Under the pieces are notes generated by a model, which made no database searches, was not told where the DNA came from, and was given only the letters and a program-made list of their open reading frames with translations. From assembly GCA_032718475.1 (NCBI GenBank), contig JAUCBJ010007188.1, forward strand, positions 1-35,335: a stretch of DNA of 35,335 nt, written 5' to 3'. How positions within the stretch are numbered: position 1 is the first letter of the stretch; every line of letters starts with the position of its first letter. A program made the translations under genes and the position numbers. The stretch comes from Nemertoderma westbladi. Its lineage: Eukaryota; Animalia; Xenacoelomorpha. Positions 10,604 to 20,548 of this stretch are shown here, one piece after another.

Positions 10604-13600
10604 CTATCTACATAATGTTATGAAGTTACTATATAATACTGAGACTGGGCGACACACCAAGCGAACAGTAGAGATAATTGAGTTTATAGATTTATCAACA
10701 CGTATATGCAAACTACATAGAGCATGTCTATGTATTTCAATAAGTGATTTAATACCTAGATTAACAAGCATAGCACTGGCGCTGTTAGGCAAACCAGTTT
10801 CAACATTAAATAAAGGTAAACGAAATAAATTTCTGACTGTTTTGTTTATGGCGGTATGCAACTTATTAAAAACAGATTTCGTATAATATATTTTAGACCA
10901 GAGAGCATTACAATAAATAGTTGAGCAATATGTAGTATAAAGAAGTAACTTGATATGATTCGAGCAATTGGCAAACTTACGTATTAACATGTTAGCCCGT
11001 CCATAAAAACGACGCGTCTGTGCACCAATATCGAGGTCATCAGAAAAATCACTTGATATAATATGTCCTAAATACTTAAAGCTCTCCACGACTTTAAGTG
11101 GTTTTCCGTCCAAGATTATCGACGCGAAATCAAAATGTTTTCGCATCTTACTGCGCATAAAAACGCACTTTGATTTAGCACCATTAAATTTCATACCGTT
11201 AGCAGATGCAAACTTGCTACAAATGTCAATGAGCTCTTGTAGAGCAATAGGTGTAGAGGCAATGATACAGATATCATCAGCATATATTAAATGGTTAATG
11301 CACATATCGTTTAAGGAACATCCAAGTTCAGATTTACAAAGATCAATACTTAGTTGATTAATAAACAAATTAAAAAATTTAGGGCTAAGCGGGCTACCCT
11401 GTCTGACTCCATTGGAGCATGTGAATGGTAAGGATTTAAAACCGTTCCATAGCACGATCATGGTTTGATTTGAATACATGAAGATAATAACCCTAATAAT
11501 AAAAAACGGTACTTTACGTTCAAATAATCTAGAAAATAATTTAGAATGATCTACATTGTCGAATGCTTTGGAAGCATCTAAGAAGGATATATACAAATTA
11601 GAACCATTAATTAAGTAATAATTAATAATCTCTTTTAGCGTATAGACACAAAGTTCAGTCCCTAGTTTGTCTTTGAAACCGAATTGGTTATCTGTTGTAG
11701 CCAGTAAGCAATCAATTCGCCTTAAAATGAACAATTCGTATATTTTACATATTATATTTGAAACCGCAATAGGACGGTAATTACTCTTGTCTGTAGTATC
11801 ACCGGTTTTATCTTTAATTACCGGTGATATATAAGACGATATCATACTAGGAGATAAAAAACCATGAATATTAAAACCGGTAAAAATTAATGAAAAAAGC
11901 ACCATAATCCGTTTACTGGCATAAAAAATATGTTCCGCGGTTAGGTTGTCAGGACCGGACGCTTTATTTCTATCCAACTTCCGAATGAGCTCAGCAATTT
12001 CGTTTGGCGAAACTACCATATCCTCGGAAAAGAGAATCTCTTTTAAGTACACTGCCTCAGCTATCGGTGGAGGTACTGAAGGGTGCACATGCGGATCGGA
12101 ATTAGGTATCGTTGGGGGCACCGTAGGGGGCACCAGCGATGGTGTGGTAACCGTCGGAGACACCGAAGGGGGCTCCGATGTCGAAGTGGGCAGCCAGGTG
12201 GGAACCGCACCCAGCGGATTCGCCCAGGTTGAGGTTGGTATCGAAGCCGAAGTGGGCGCAGGCGGGGGCACTGAACCCGATGGGGGCGTCCCGGTGGGCA
12301 CCGAAGTCGAGGGGGGCGCCCAGGTGGGTTCTGAATCCGCAGGGGGCGCCCAGGTGGGCACCGAAGCCGCAGGGGGCGCCCAGGTGGGCACCGAAGCCGC
12401 AGGGGGCGCCCAGGTGGGCACCGAAGCCGCAGGGGGCTCCCAGGTGGGCACCGAAGCCGCAGGGGGCGCCGAGGTGGGAAGCGAAGTCGAGGGGGGCACC
12501 CAGGTGGGCACCGAAGCCGCAGGGGGCGCCCAGGTGGGCACCGAAGCCGCAGGGGGCGCCCAGGTGGGCACCGAAGCCGCAGGGGGCGCCCAGGTGGGCA
12601 CCGAAGCCGCAGGGGGCGCCGAGGTGGGAAGCGAAGTCGAGGGGGGCACCCAGGTGGGCACCGAAGCTGCAGGGGGCATCCAGGTGGGCACCGAAGCCGC
12701 AGGGGGCGCGGGCACCGGAGTTGTTGCCGAATTAAATATAGTGCGATAATGGAGTTCCCACATGTTAGCAATGTTCTGAGTGCCAGATGCTCCACCGATT
12801 GTAGTCGCTGGAGGGGACTTTATCGTGTTGTCCTTCTTGACATTTTGCCAGAACTTATAACAGTTTTTATCCAATAGGCCTTCCGCTAACTTATCGCAGC
12901 GAATTGTTTCGGAGGTACGTTTAATAAGGCGCAGCTGACGTTTAAATTGTGCCCTCGTTGAGCACATTAAGTGGAACAGTGGGCCGTTCCGGGGGCTACC
13001 GTTCGCACGCCAGTCGAGGAAACTACAGCGGGCCATGCGATGGAGGTGGCTCACCTGGTCATTCCACCCAGGAACAGATGTTTGGGTTGGACTACAGGCA
13101 GGTTTCGGGATACTAACTGGGATATTACCCGTTACTGATGAATGTAGAGCAGACACAACTCCATTATATAACGAGTTTAACTCACCCTTATGAGTTGGAT
13201 TATTGCAAGATGGGTCCCTACAGGATAGGGCTTCATGTGGTATAATAATTTTAGCCAGTTCGGTGTCGGTAGAAGCTGAGTAGCAGCCGAGTTTAAACGC
13301 TGATGCTGAGTTCCAGAGTGGTCGAGTAAATGGAATCGGAATCGACGGCTCCAGTTTGTCCAGGGGGATGATACGTTCACAGTTTATTTCAACACACATT
13401 GGTAAATGGTCATCGAATACTAGTGAGTAGTTTATTACTATATCTGTTATTCTATGTTTCATCGACCCGGTGCAGACGCAGTGATCCAGCCATGAAGTAG
13501 ATCCTTGGGCTGCTCCAACGAAGGTAAATGATTCCGAGGGTAACATGAGTGTGTCCAGTATCATGAGACCTGACTCCATACAGGTATTAGAGAGCTCACG

Positions 13601-14092
13601 AAAAAATGGACGACTTGGGTGAGCGTTGAGATCCCCTAGTATGCATACATTATTGTTATCTAGAGTCTCCGCAATGGTAACTATCTTGGCTAAATAATCG
13701 AGATAATCGTCAGCGTTATCGGCACACTCATAAGGTAAGTATGCATTAATTATATAAAACTCCTCACCGGTACCAGGCGGAGTAACTTTAATTATCATTA
13801 GACGAGGGTCAGATTTATCAACAATTTCAATACAATCATCACCGAAGCTTTTATTCCATAGGACTCCGAGGCCACCGTGTGGCCTTCCGATAAGGATATC
13901 GGATTCCAAGTCAACAGGAGAGGAGCCTCGCCCGTAATGATTAATGGATAGCGTATCGAGAATCCCCAAGTCCTGTTTGGTAAGGAGAGTTTCTTGTAAT
14001 AAAATTATATCGTTAGCCTTCGCGAGTTCAGAAATCACGTATCTACTTGATAGAGTCCGAACGGAGTTTGCGTTATAGGTCGCGATTCGCAT
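10604..14092 (-). CDS. LINE ORF2: AP-like endonuclease + reverse transcriptase, 1162 aa
   Basis: APE motifs TYNANS, LLQET, GDLNAH, WLDH, DHLP; RT motifs [36 protein letters not shown]; uninterrupted frame. Confidence 0.96.
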   Translation of the reverse strand: MRIATYNANSVRTLSSRYVISELAKANDIILLQETLLTKQDLGILDTLSINHYGRGSSPVDLESDILIGRPHGGLGVLWNKSFGDDCIEIVDKSDPRLMIIKVTPPGTGEEFYIINAYLPYECADNADDYLDYLAKIVTIAETLDNNNVCILGDLNAHPSRPFFRELSNTCMESGLMILDTLMLPSESFTFVGAAQGSTSWLDHCVCTGSMKHRITDIVINYSLVFDDHLPMCVEINCERIIPLDKLEPSIPIPFTRPLWNSASAFKLGCYSASTDTELAKIIIPHEALSCRDPSCNNPTHKGELNSLYNGVVSALHSSVTGNIPVSIPKPACSPTQTSVPGWNDQVSHLHRMARCSFLDWRANGSPRNGPLFHLMCSTRAQFKRQLRLIKRTSETIRCDKLAEGLLDKNCYKFWQNVKKDNTIKSPPATTIGGASGTQNIANMWELHYRTIFNSATTPVPAPPAASVPTWMPPAASVPTWVPPSTSLPTSAPPAASVPTWAPPAASVPTWAPPAASVPTWAPPAASVPTWVPPSTSLPTSAPPAASVPTWEPPAASVPTWAPPAASVPTWAPPAASVPTWAPPADSEPTWAPPSTSVPTGTPPSGSVPPPAPTSASIPTSTWANPLGAVPTWLPTSTSEPPSVSPTVTTPSLVPPTVPPTIPNSDPHVHPSVPPPIAEAVYLKEILFSEDMVVSPNEIAELIRKLDRNKASGPDNLTAEHIFYASKRIMVLFSLIFTGFNIHGFLSPSMISSYISPVIKDKTGDTTDKSNYRPIAVSNIICKIYELFILRRIDCLLATTDNQFGFKDKLGTELCVYTLKEIINYYLINGSNLYISFLDASKAFDNVDHSKLFSRLFERKVPFFIIRVIIFMYSNQTMIVLWNGFKSLPFTCSNGVRQGSPLSPKFFNLFINQLSIDLCKSELGCSLNDMCINHLIYADDICIIASTPIALQELIDICSKFASANGMKFNGAKSKCVFMRSKMRKHFDFASIILDGKPLKVVESFKYLGHIISSDFSDDLDIGAQTRRFYGRANMLIRKFANCSNHIKLLLYTTYCSTIYCNALWSKIYYTKSVFNKLHTAINKTVRNLFRLPLFNVETGLPNSASAMLVNLGIKSLIEIHRHALCSLHIRVDKSINSIISTVRLVCRPVSVLYSNFITLCR
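12110..12715 (-). repeat. 30-bp GC-rich coding minisatellite ([10 protein letters not shown])n inside ORF2
   Basis: Plus-strand unit CAGGTGGGCACCGAAGCCGCAGGGGGCGCC, ~14 well-conserved units at ~12291-12710 and degenerate units toward 12110. Confidence 0.95.
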
Positions 14093-14095
14093 TGA

Positions 14096-15223
14096 TTATT
14101 GAGTGTTAGATGCTTCGCCAGCGACCCCAGCAGTAGACAAAGATATCGGCGGAAGCTTGGCAGGGACGGAAGGATTTCTGTGGCCGCCAGTCCATTCTCG
14201 GATAACCATGCCGGATGGCCACTTCCCGCAATTACCTTCATCCTTTAGAATTGCTGCGGTTTCATGCGAGCAGCCAAGCTTGAACGATTTATACTCGGTG
14301 GCCCTTGTCTGCACTTCATCACAGGTTACATCAACCTCGAATGCAGATTTAACGAATTGACACAGTCGTTCAGTTGATTCACCTAAGTCCAAACGGGAAA
14401 CGAAAATGTAGGATCGACGGGGTACCGATTTAAGCCCCGATGTAGTACCGGTGCCTATAACTGCCTTTGGACGGTGTGGCTGGGGCTGGGGGCGAGAGGT
14501 GAAACGTAGAGGTCGACCATTACGGCCAACTGTTGTCATCCCGTCGTCAGTACCCGTGTCTTCCACCGTTATAATTTCCTGAGTGTCATCGATCGGTGCT
14601 GGTTGGTGTGCAGGTGCTCCATTCGATAGATCTCGGTTTACCATCTTAACTTGTTTCGGCGGCTGCCGCCTGTTACGTGATTGATTCGAACTGGAATCGG
14701 GGCCAAGCGAGGTCTGGTTGCCAACGGGAGCCGGAGTTGAAACCTCGGCAAAGGAACGGGAACTAACCATCACTTTATTGCCATGCTCAAGGCAGGCAAC
14801 GCGGTCTTTGAGCGCCCCCATTTCCTGCACTAGCTGCGATAAGGTAGAAGCTGCTGGGTTAACTGGCGGCAGAAGAGTAAAGTCCTCCACTACAAATTGA
14901 GGGCGAGGATCGAGGTTCTTAAATGCTTGGAGTTCAAAAATCGAGAGGATATCGCAAATATATTTTTTGCGCTTATTATCACCATTGTATTTCGTAGCAA
15001 ATTTCTTAGTCACATCTCTATCGGAAATGAGTGATAGAACGGATGATCTCGCGTTTTCGATGTCCGGCGTTTTAAACGAGGGCCAGCAGGTCATGGAGTC
15101 GACAACATCGTCAAAAACAGCGCCTTTATGTACTCTCTGCCAAGCAAAGCAGAGGACATGGTCAAGGATTACATTGCTCTCCCCCATCGAAGCGAACTGG
15201 CTTAAGTGTGCCAGATCGATCAA
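14096..15223 (-). CDS. LINE ORF1, 375 aa
   Basis: Directly upstream of ORF2; N-terminal VLCF...P-FV...LPPV block, short coiled coil, C-terminal RRM-like IFVSRL...SFKL...WPSGMVIREW as in CR1/L2-type ORF1. True start may be the ATG of MGESN. Confidence 0.88.
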   Translation of the reverse strand: MIDLAHLSQFASMGESNVILDHVLCFAWQRVHKGAVFDDVVDSMTCWPSFKTPDIENARSSVLSLISDRDVTKKFATKYNGDNKRKKYICDILSIFELQAFKNLDPRPQFVVEDFTLLPPVNPAASTLSQLVQEMGALKDRVACLEHGNKVMVSSRSFAEVSTPAPVGNQTSLGPDSSSNQSRNRRQPPKQVKMVNRDLSNGAPAHQPAPIDDTQEIITVEDTGTDDGMTTVGRNGRPLRFTSRPQPQPHRPKAVIGTGTTSGLKSVPRRSYIFVSRLDLGESTERLCQFVKSAFEVDVTCDEVQTRATEYKSFKLGCSHETAAILKDEGNCGKWPSGMVIREWTGGHRNPSVPAKLPPISLSTAGVAGEASNTQ

Positions 15224-15606
15224 TAGCTAGTAGACCGGCAAACACCAAAATAGTCAATACAGCAATGCAATTACTCAATATGATATGCGGTACAGTACAG
15301 CAGTACAGCAGTACAGCAGTAACAATATTATAGAAGTCAACATACTGAGTCAGATCTGTATGTTGGCAGCCTTTAACCTTCTAGAGGCCGCTCTGAGACT
15401 GAGCGATAAAATTTGTTTTTTCCATGATAGGTTGTTGTATTATAATGAAATTAGATCTGAAAATAAGTTTTAGAAAATTTCATCAAGGTATAGCCGAGAT
15501 ATGGTATGGGAACAAAATGGGAACTTGGCCACTAAAGGGGCAATATGAAAAAATAATTTATAAAATTGTTCAGATTTAATCACTATAATATAACTATAAT
15601 AACACC

Positions 15607-15747
15607 TATATAATATATATATACATAAATATATGTAATATATATCTATATATATAATATATATATATATATTATATAATAATAATATATTATATTTATA
15701 TATATATTTAATATATATATATATTTAATATATACATATATATATAT
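15607..15747. repeat. (TA)n / AT-rich low-complexity tract
   Basis: Direct reading. Confidence 0.9.
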
Positions 15748-15933
15748 TGGTGGTTTATATACCAAACAACCCAAGGTTTCATGATCATGCATAACCCACA
15801 GTTTAATTATGGTCAAAATAAACGCTGGTTTCTCAAAATAACCGTAGTTTAAATTTACCCCGAATTGAACCACGGTTATTTTTGAGAACCAGCGTTTTTT
15901 TTAAGGAATAACCCCCGTTTCGTTTTTTCAGTG
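15748..15933. mobile_element. Probable one-ended MITE/DNA-transposon fragment with internal palindrome and CACTG-type terminus
   Basis: ~33-bp-arm inverted repeat at 15820-15897; ends TTTTTTCAGTG (CACTGAAAAAA on minus); partner terminus not found. Confidence 0.4.
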
Positions 15934-16123
15934 TAGTAGCATTTCAACCGCAAATCTTGTTTCATTCGTTGTTTGATTCGAATCATGTTTCGTTAAAGGG
16001 CGACTGTAAATTTTAAAATTTTTCGAAAAAACAAATGTTTAGCCATATTTTAACAGCCCATACTGTATAAAATCAAAATATTTTAATTTCAGTAGAAATT
16101 GTAAACATTTAAAAAATTATTCA

Positions 16124-16147
16124 GGGGGGGGGGGGGGGGGGGGGGGG
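16124..16147 (+). repeat. Poly(G) tract, 24 nt
   Basis: Direct reading. Confidence 0.95.
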
Positions 16148-16775
16148 TAGGCCTACTCCGACCGTATGCCTATGTTTAGAATAATACTTAATATAAGTTA
16201 AATTAAACTTACATTGGCTTCCACCGCGTGTAGACGGAGGGTCTGATGGACAGCGTTGCTTCCCGATTGATCGACGGGAAGTTCAAGGTTGGTGACCAGC
16301 GCCACCTAGTTCCAACTCTCCACCAGCGCAGCGTCCATGTTCGCGGCATCTATTCTATCCCTTGCAGTAGATGTTCCACGCCCATTGGGCAGGTTGCATT
16401 GTTATGTCGCTTCTTGCCATAGCGACATTGACAGTATGAATAAACACAAACTTGCTTGCGTTTTGGCATAACGGTATCTATAAAAAATAAATAAATTAGT
16501 TAACTACCAGACTACCACCGGTACCGAGCGAACAAGATACACTATCATGCCTATGTCCCTACATATTTAATTATTAGTTTTAATTTTTATTATATAGTAT
16601 TAGTTTATTTAATGAATTATTATTAATTACAATATACTGCTCCATACTAATAGCCTAAGAGAGCGGCAATGCCGGTAGCAATTTCCACGGACATAAAAAG
16701 ACAAAATCACCGGATATAATAAATTAATTCAACGGACAAAAAAATATGCGGATCCTTTGACCATCAGTGAATAAC

Positions 16776-17052
16776 TATTATTATTATTATTTATTATTAT
16801 TACACCCATAGTCAAAAATCGCACATATGAAATTTATTTCAAATAAAATAGATCATTAGATAAAAATATATACAGTAAGTAGTGGGGGAGGAGACTAACC
16901 AGGCCCGTGCACTTACGGTTAGCCATTCCATTATTTAAGTTAATTAATTTGTATACTAATCGTTATAAGTACCCGGTACATGTAAAAGTAACTAAAAAGT
17001 ATTAAATAATTAAACGTTTCCCTGATAAAAATATTTTTCTAAAAAATATTGT
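16776..17052 (-). mobile_element. Displaced distal 3' UTR and (AAT)n tail of the CR1 element at 28929-33400
   Basis: Minus-strand (AAT)n tail at 16776-16802 and hairpin GGCTAACC...GGTTAGTC (~16893-16924); abuts the BEL TSD; the CR1 on the other side of the BEL has no tail of its own. Confidence 0.7.
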
Positions 17053-18322
17053 TGTAAAAGCTTCTGTGGGATATAACTGGCCCCTTTGCTTCGCAATCCA
17101 GTTTCCCCCCAGGCGCTGGAATACTCTAAAAAAGGTTCTCTAACTGTATATATATTCCCCTCGCCCGCAAGGTACCGTTACAGGTGTTTTAACGGACATA
17201 AAAGTCATTCTGCTATATACGTGTTTTAGCGGACATGGTAAGGCAAAAAACCCGCAATACGGCAAATACTTTTACACAGCTTAGCCGTGATGATTCAGAT
17301 TACGACATCCAGCAGCTGGTTGCTTAAATGGAAACAGCCATTGGACGCATGGTTCTTTGTTTGGCTTCAGCCAATCAGAGCGATTCTCTCTGTCGATGTG
17401 GAGCTTTGAGCCGATCATACTGGGATTGTTCAGTCTTACAGTTTTTTACTGATACTTTGTTGTTATTGCTGTCTAAGCCAGAAACAACGGCTCTAGAAAG
17501 AAACATTAGTAGGCTTAAGATTATAGAGCGTATGACTGTTATCAATTCACATATCAATTCACGGTTCATCACAACTCACATATCGGTCCATATCAGTGCA
17601 TATCATATCTTAACCTACCGTCTTAATGTTTTACTGTTGTCATATCTTATATCAGTGGATTGAATATTATTTGGAGAACATTTATAAAGAACCCAAATTT
17701 CCCAATTTTCTTGATACACTACAGGTTAGAGAGGCGGGTTATATATATAGCGATTGCGACTTATATTATTGTGGTGTGTATTGAATTTAATGCTATTTGA
17801 TAAGCCCTACATGAGTCCGTTGCTATTCTCTTTATATATGATAAAATTCATTGACGGTCGGCAAATTAGTGAGCAGTATTGTGCGTTACCGGTAGTGTGC
17901 ATGATTGTGGCTGATAACTAAGCATTTCCTAAAGAATGCGCCTCATACGTGAATCATAAGCCTTACCGACTTACCGTTGTGATTAGTATAAGTCATATCT
18001 CTGTTTACTTAGATAGAGCGCCACGTCCTAAAAGGAACTGTTAATATTTCCCGGAAGTGAATAATATTAGTCAGAAATTAATTATTAACGATCAATCGAA
18101 TAATACAATACCGTAAGCTTCACTGCAATAATAATCTAAGCCGACAGAATCCAGCCTCCCGGGATTATCCAGCGGGTGAATGGACGCGCACTAGGCTGGC
18201 TTCTGCTAATGTTGTGTTTATTGGTATTAAATATTTGTCATCTTCTAAAGTATATTGATAAACCAAAAGACATATAAATTTTGGCAGGTTAAACTGCTAA
18301 AGGTCTTCCAAAAGCGCGTACA
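17053..18322 (+). repeat. 5' LTR (1270 bp)
   Basis: TGTAAAAGC...GCGCGTACA; matches 27659..28928 with three G/A differences noticed by eye. Confidence 0.97.
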
Positions 18323-18333
18323 ATAACAGTCAT
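18323..18333 (+). other. Non-tRNA primer-binding site ATAACAGTCAT, complementary to LTR 17532-17542
   Basis: Immediately follows the LTR-terminal CA; no TGG; exact reverse complement ATGACTGTTAT present in both LTRs. Confidence 0.65.
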
Positions 18334-18387
18334 TGACTTTATTGCAGTAAGCAATAAAGTTGAAAGTACCGGTCAACCGGTAAACCT

Positions 18388-18476
18388 GAACCGGTACTTC
18401 TGTAGGTCAGTAGGTCCAACTGTCAGAACCGGTACTTCTGTAGGTCTGTAGGCCCAACTGTCCTAACCGGTACTTC
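18388..18476 (+). repeat. 38-bp tandem repeat, ~2.3 copies, in BEL leader
   Basis: GAACCGGTACTTCTGTAGGTCAGTAGGTCCAACTGTCA at 18388 and 18426, partial at 18464. Confidence 0.9.
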
Positions 18477-18649
18477 CAGTATAAGTACATTAGTATTATT
18501 TCGATTGTGATCTATAGTATATTGTAGGCTACCAGAGGAATAGGGATTGATCACCCCTCATTCTTTTGTATAGTTTACTTATTTCTGTCAGTTTTATTTC
18601 CTAGTAAGTTAATATTGAGCTGAAGACGTGTAAGTCTGCTCAGATTGTT

Positions 18650-19226
18650 CAGATAATTGTAGGCCAGACTGTTGTCGGATTGTTGTTGAGTTTGGAGAGA
18701 TTACGGCGTGTGTAGAGTTTGTCTGATAGAGTGCCGTTAGTAAGTTGGGGCAGCCATATGCTGCAAGGTCAATCCCCTCTTAAAGAATAAGTCGTACTAC
18801 CGTGTTAGAACGCATACTAACTAACTATTTCAGAATCTGCATATACTGTAGTTTATTTAGGCTTGATCGTAGTCTGCCAGCGTTTTAGCCTGTGTTTGTT
18901 TGTGTGGTCTGTTCAGGTACCGTAATAGTTATTACTCAGATATTTTGTAGGCTGGATTGTTGTCTAGCTATTATTAGGTCTGAAGAGATTGCTGCGTGTG
19001 TAGAGTTTGTCTGATAAAGCTCCGTTAGTAAGTTGGGGCAGCCATAGCGGTAAGGTCAATCCCCTCTTAAAGAATAAGTCGTACTACCATGTTAGAACGC
19101 ATACTAACTAACTATTTCAGAATATACACGTACGGTAGTTTATTTAGGCTTGGTGGTAGTCTGCCAGCGTTTTGGTTTGTATTTGTTTGAGTATTCTGTA
19201 CGGGTAGCGTAATATTTATTATTCAG
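18650..19226 (+). repeat. ~287-bp imperfect tandem duplication in BEL leader
   Basis: AAGGTCAATCCCCTCTTAAAGAATAAGTCGTACTACC at 18765 and 19052 with alignable flanks. Confidence 0.9.
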
Positions 19227-20548
19227 AGTTTATGCGATTATTCGCAACATTCATGTCCCCAAGTTTATTCCTACAGTAATTGTGTTTGTTACACATACCG
19301 TTATAGTTAAATTAACCCCGGTACTACACGGGCTGCTTGGCGTAGGTAAAGACTGGTGACTTTGTGCTTCGGTCACTCCAGCAGATGCCGTGGTTCTTTT
19401 AACTGTTCAAGTATATTTAACTGCTGATTATTTGTTATACCAGTACTTGTACCTAATTTAGGGTTTAGTGTACAGTGCTTTCCGAAGTAATTAGTGTGTA
19501 GGCAGTATATTTGTGTTGTAAAGTGGTTAATAGGCACGCTGGATCTGGTAGTCCGCGGTAATTAACTTCTAGGTAGGAACAATCCGTGATACATAACGTA
19601 GTACCTATAGCGATACGGTTATAGGTCGTCAGGCGGTGGTATTTTCCTATCTGGACAATGCAGTGTATTTACTACTACTTATTATTTTCAAATACCGTAG
19701 TACCCTGTCCGTTGTAATAACCAGAAATTCTAACCCTTTGTTAGGCTGGTTTGTAGACTTCCTGTAAAATTACCCTAAATATTCGTACGTAATATTTTGT
19801 TGTGTTTAATTAGAGATTTAATCTCACCCGTATCGTAAGTAATTTGTAGTATTAAGTAACTTAGGTAAATTAGAATTATCAGTTTTAGTGTCAAATAAAT
19901 AGCACTTCACTGAGAGCGCACAGCTTCTGTGTAGTGACCTCCCAGAAATAATAACATTTAATTCAAATATTGACAAAACCCTTTTAAACGGGTATATAAA
20001 TATTATAAATCAACTCAAACGATTTATAAATAGTAGGCCTGCCATACAACAACTAGGTCTCAATATCAGTTGGACTACTGCTTAAATAACGGTAATAAAG
20101 TAAGTTAAAGTAACCAAGTAACCCTAAAATATTCAGAAATTCAATTATTCTAAAAATAATTGACATACCGGTACTTACCATAGGCTTATTATATTTATTT
20201 CTATAAATTGGAGCTGAAATCATACCGGTATTCTGTAATTAATTCTAGTTCATAATTATACTTATATATACTATAAGTGTAAGCTGTATACCGGTATTCA
20301 CGATAGGCCTATTATATATTTATATATATTTGTGCTAAAATTATATACCGGTACTCTGTGACAAATCTAGTCTGTAATAATACTTATATATATATTATAA
20401 GCATACCGGTATTCTAATATATTATATATATATCACGCTACACTGAGTAGCAGTATCGGTAATTAATTATTAGGCTAACAGTGATACTGAATTACTAGAC
20501 TTGCTTTAACTGTAATATAGCAGTAGGCATTCGACTGTACAATCAAAC

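Larger units (their letters stand above)
10461..15400 (-). mobile_element. Full-length non-LTR retrotransposon (CR1 group, L2/Daphne-like); 5' boundary approximate
   Basis: ORF1 plus ORF2 (APE-RT), short 3' UTR ending ATATGGCTGCAATATGCTGAAATAAAGAAGATTATTAT on the minus strand; no TSD found. Confidence 0.9.

Noticed and set aside
11946-12795. Alternative-frame ORFs of 267, 244 and 185 aa
   Set aside because: Shadow frames of the GC-rich 30-bp repeat within ORF2
9808-16010. TTAAAGG/CCTTTAA motifs (~9808, ~15371, ~15993) as Kolobok-like MITE termini
   Set aside because: No matching terminal inverted repeat pairs found
17328-17663. 111-aa ORF in both LTRs
   Set aside because: Conserved only because the LTRs are near-identical; no recognisable motifs
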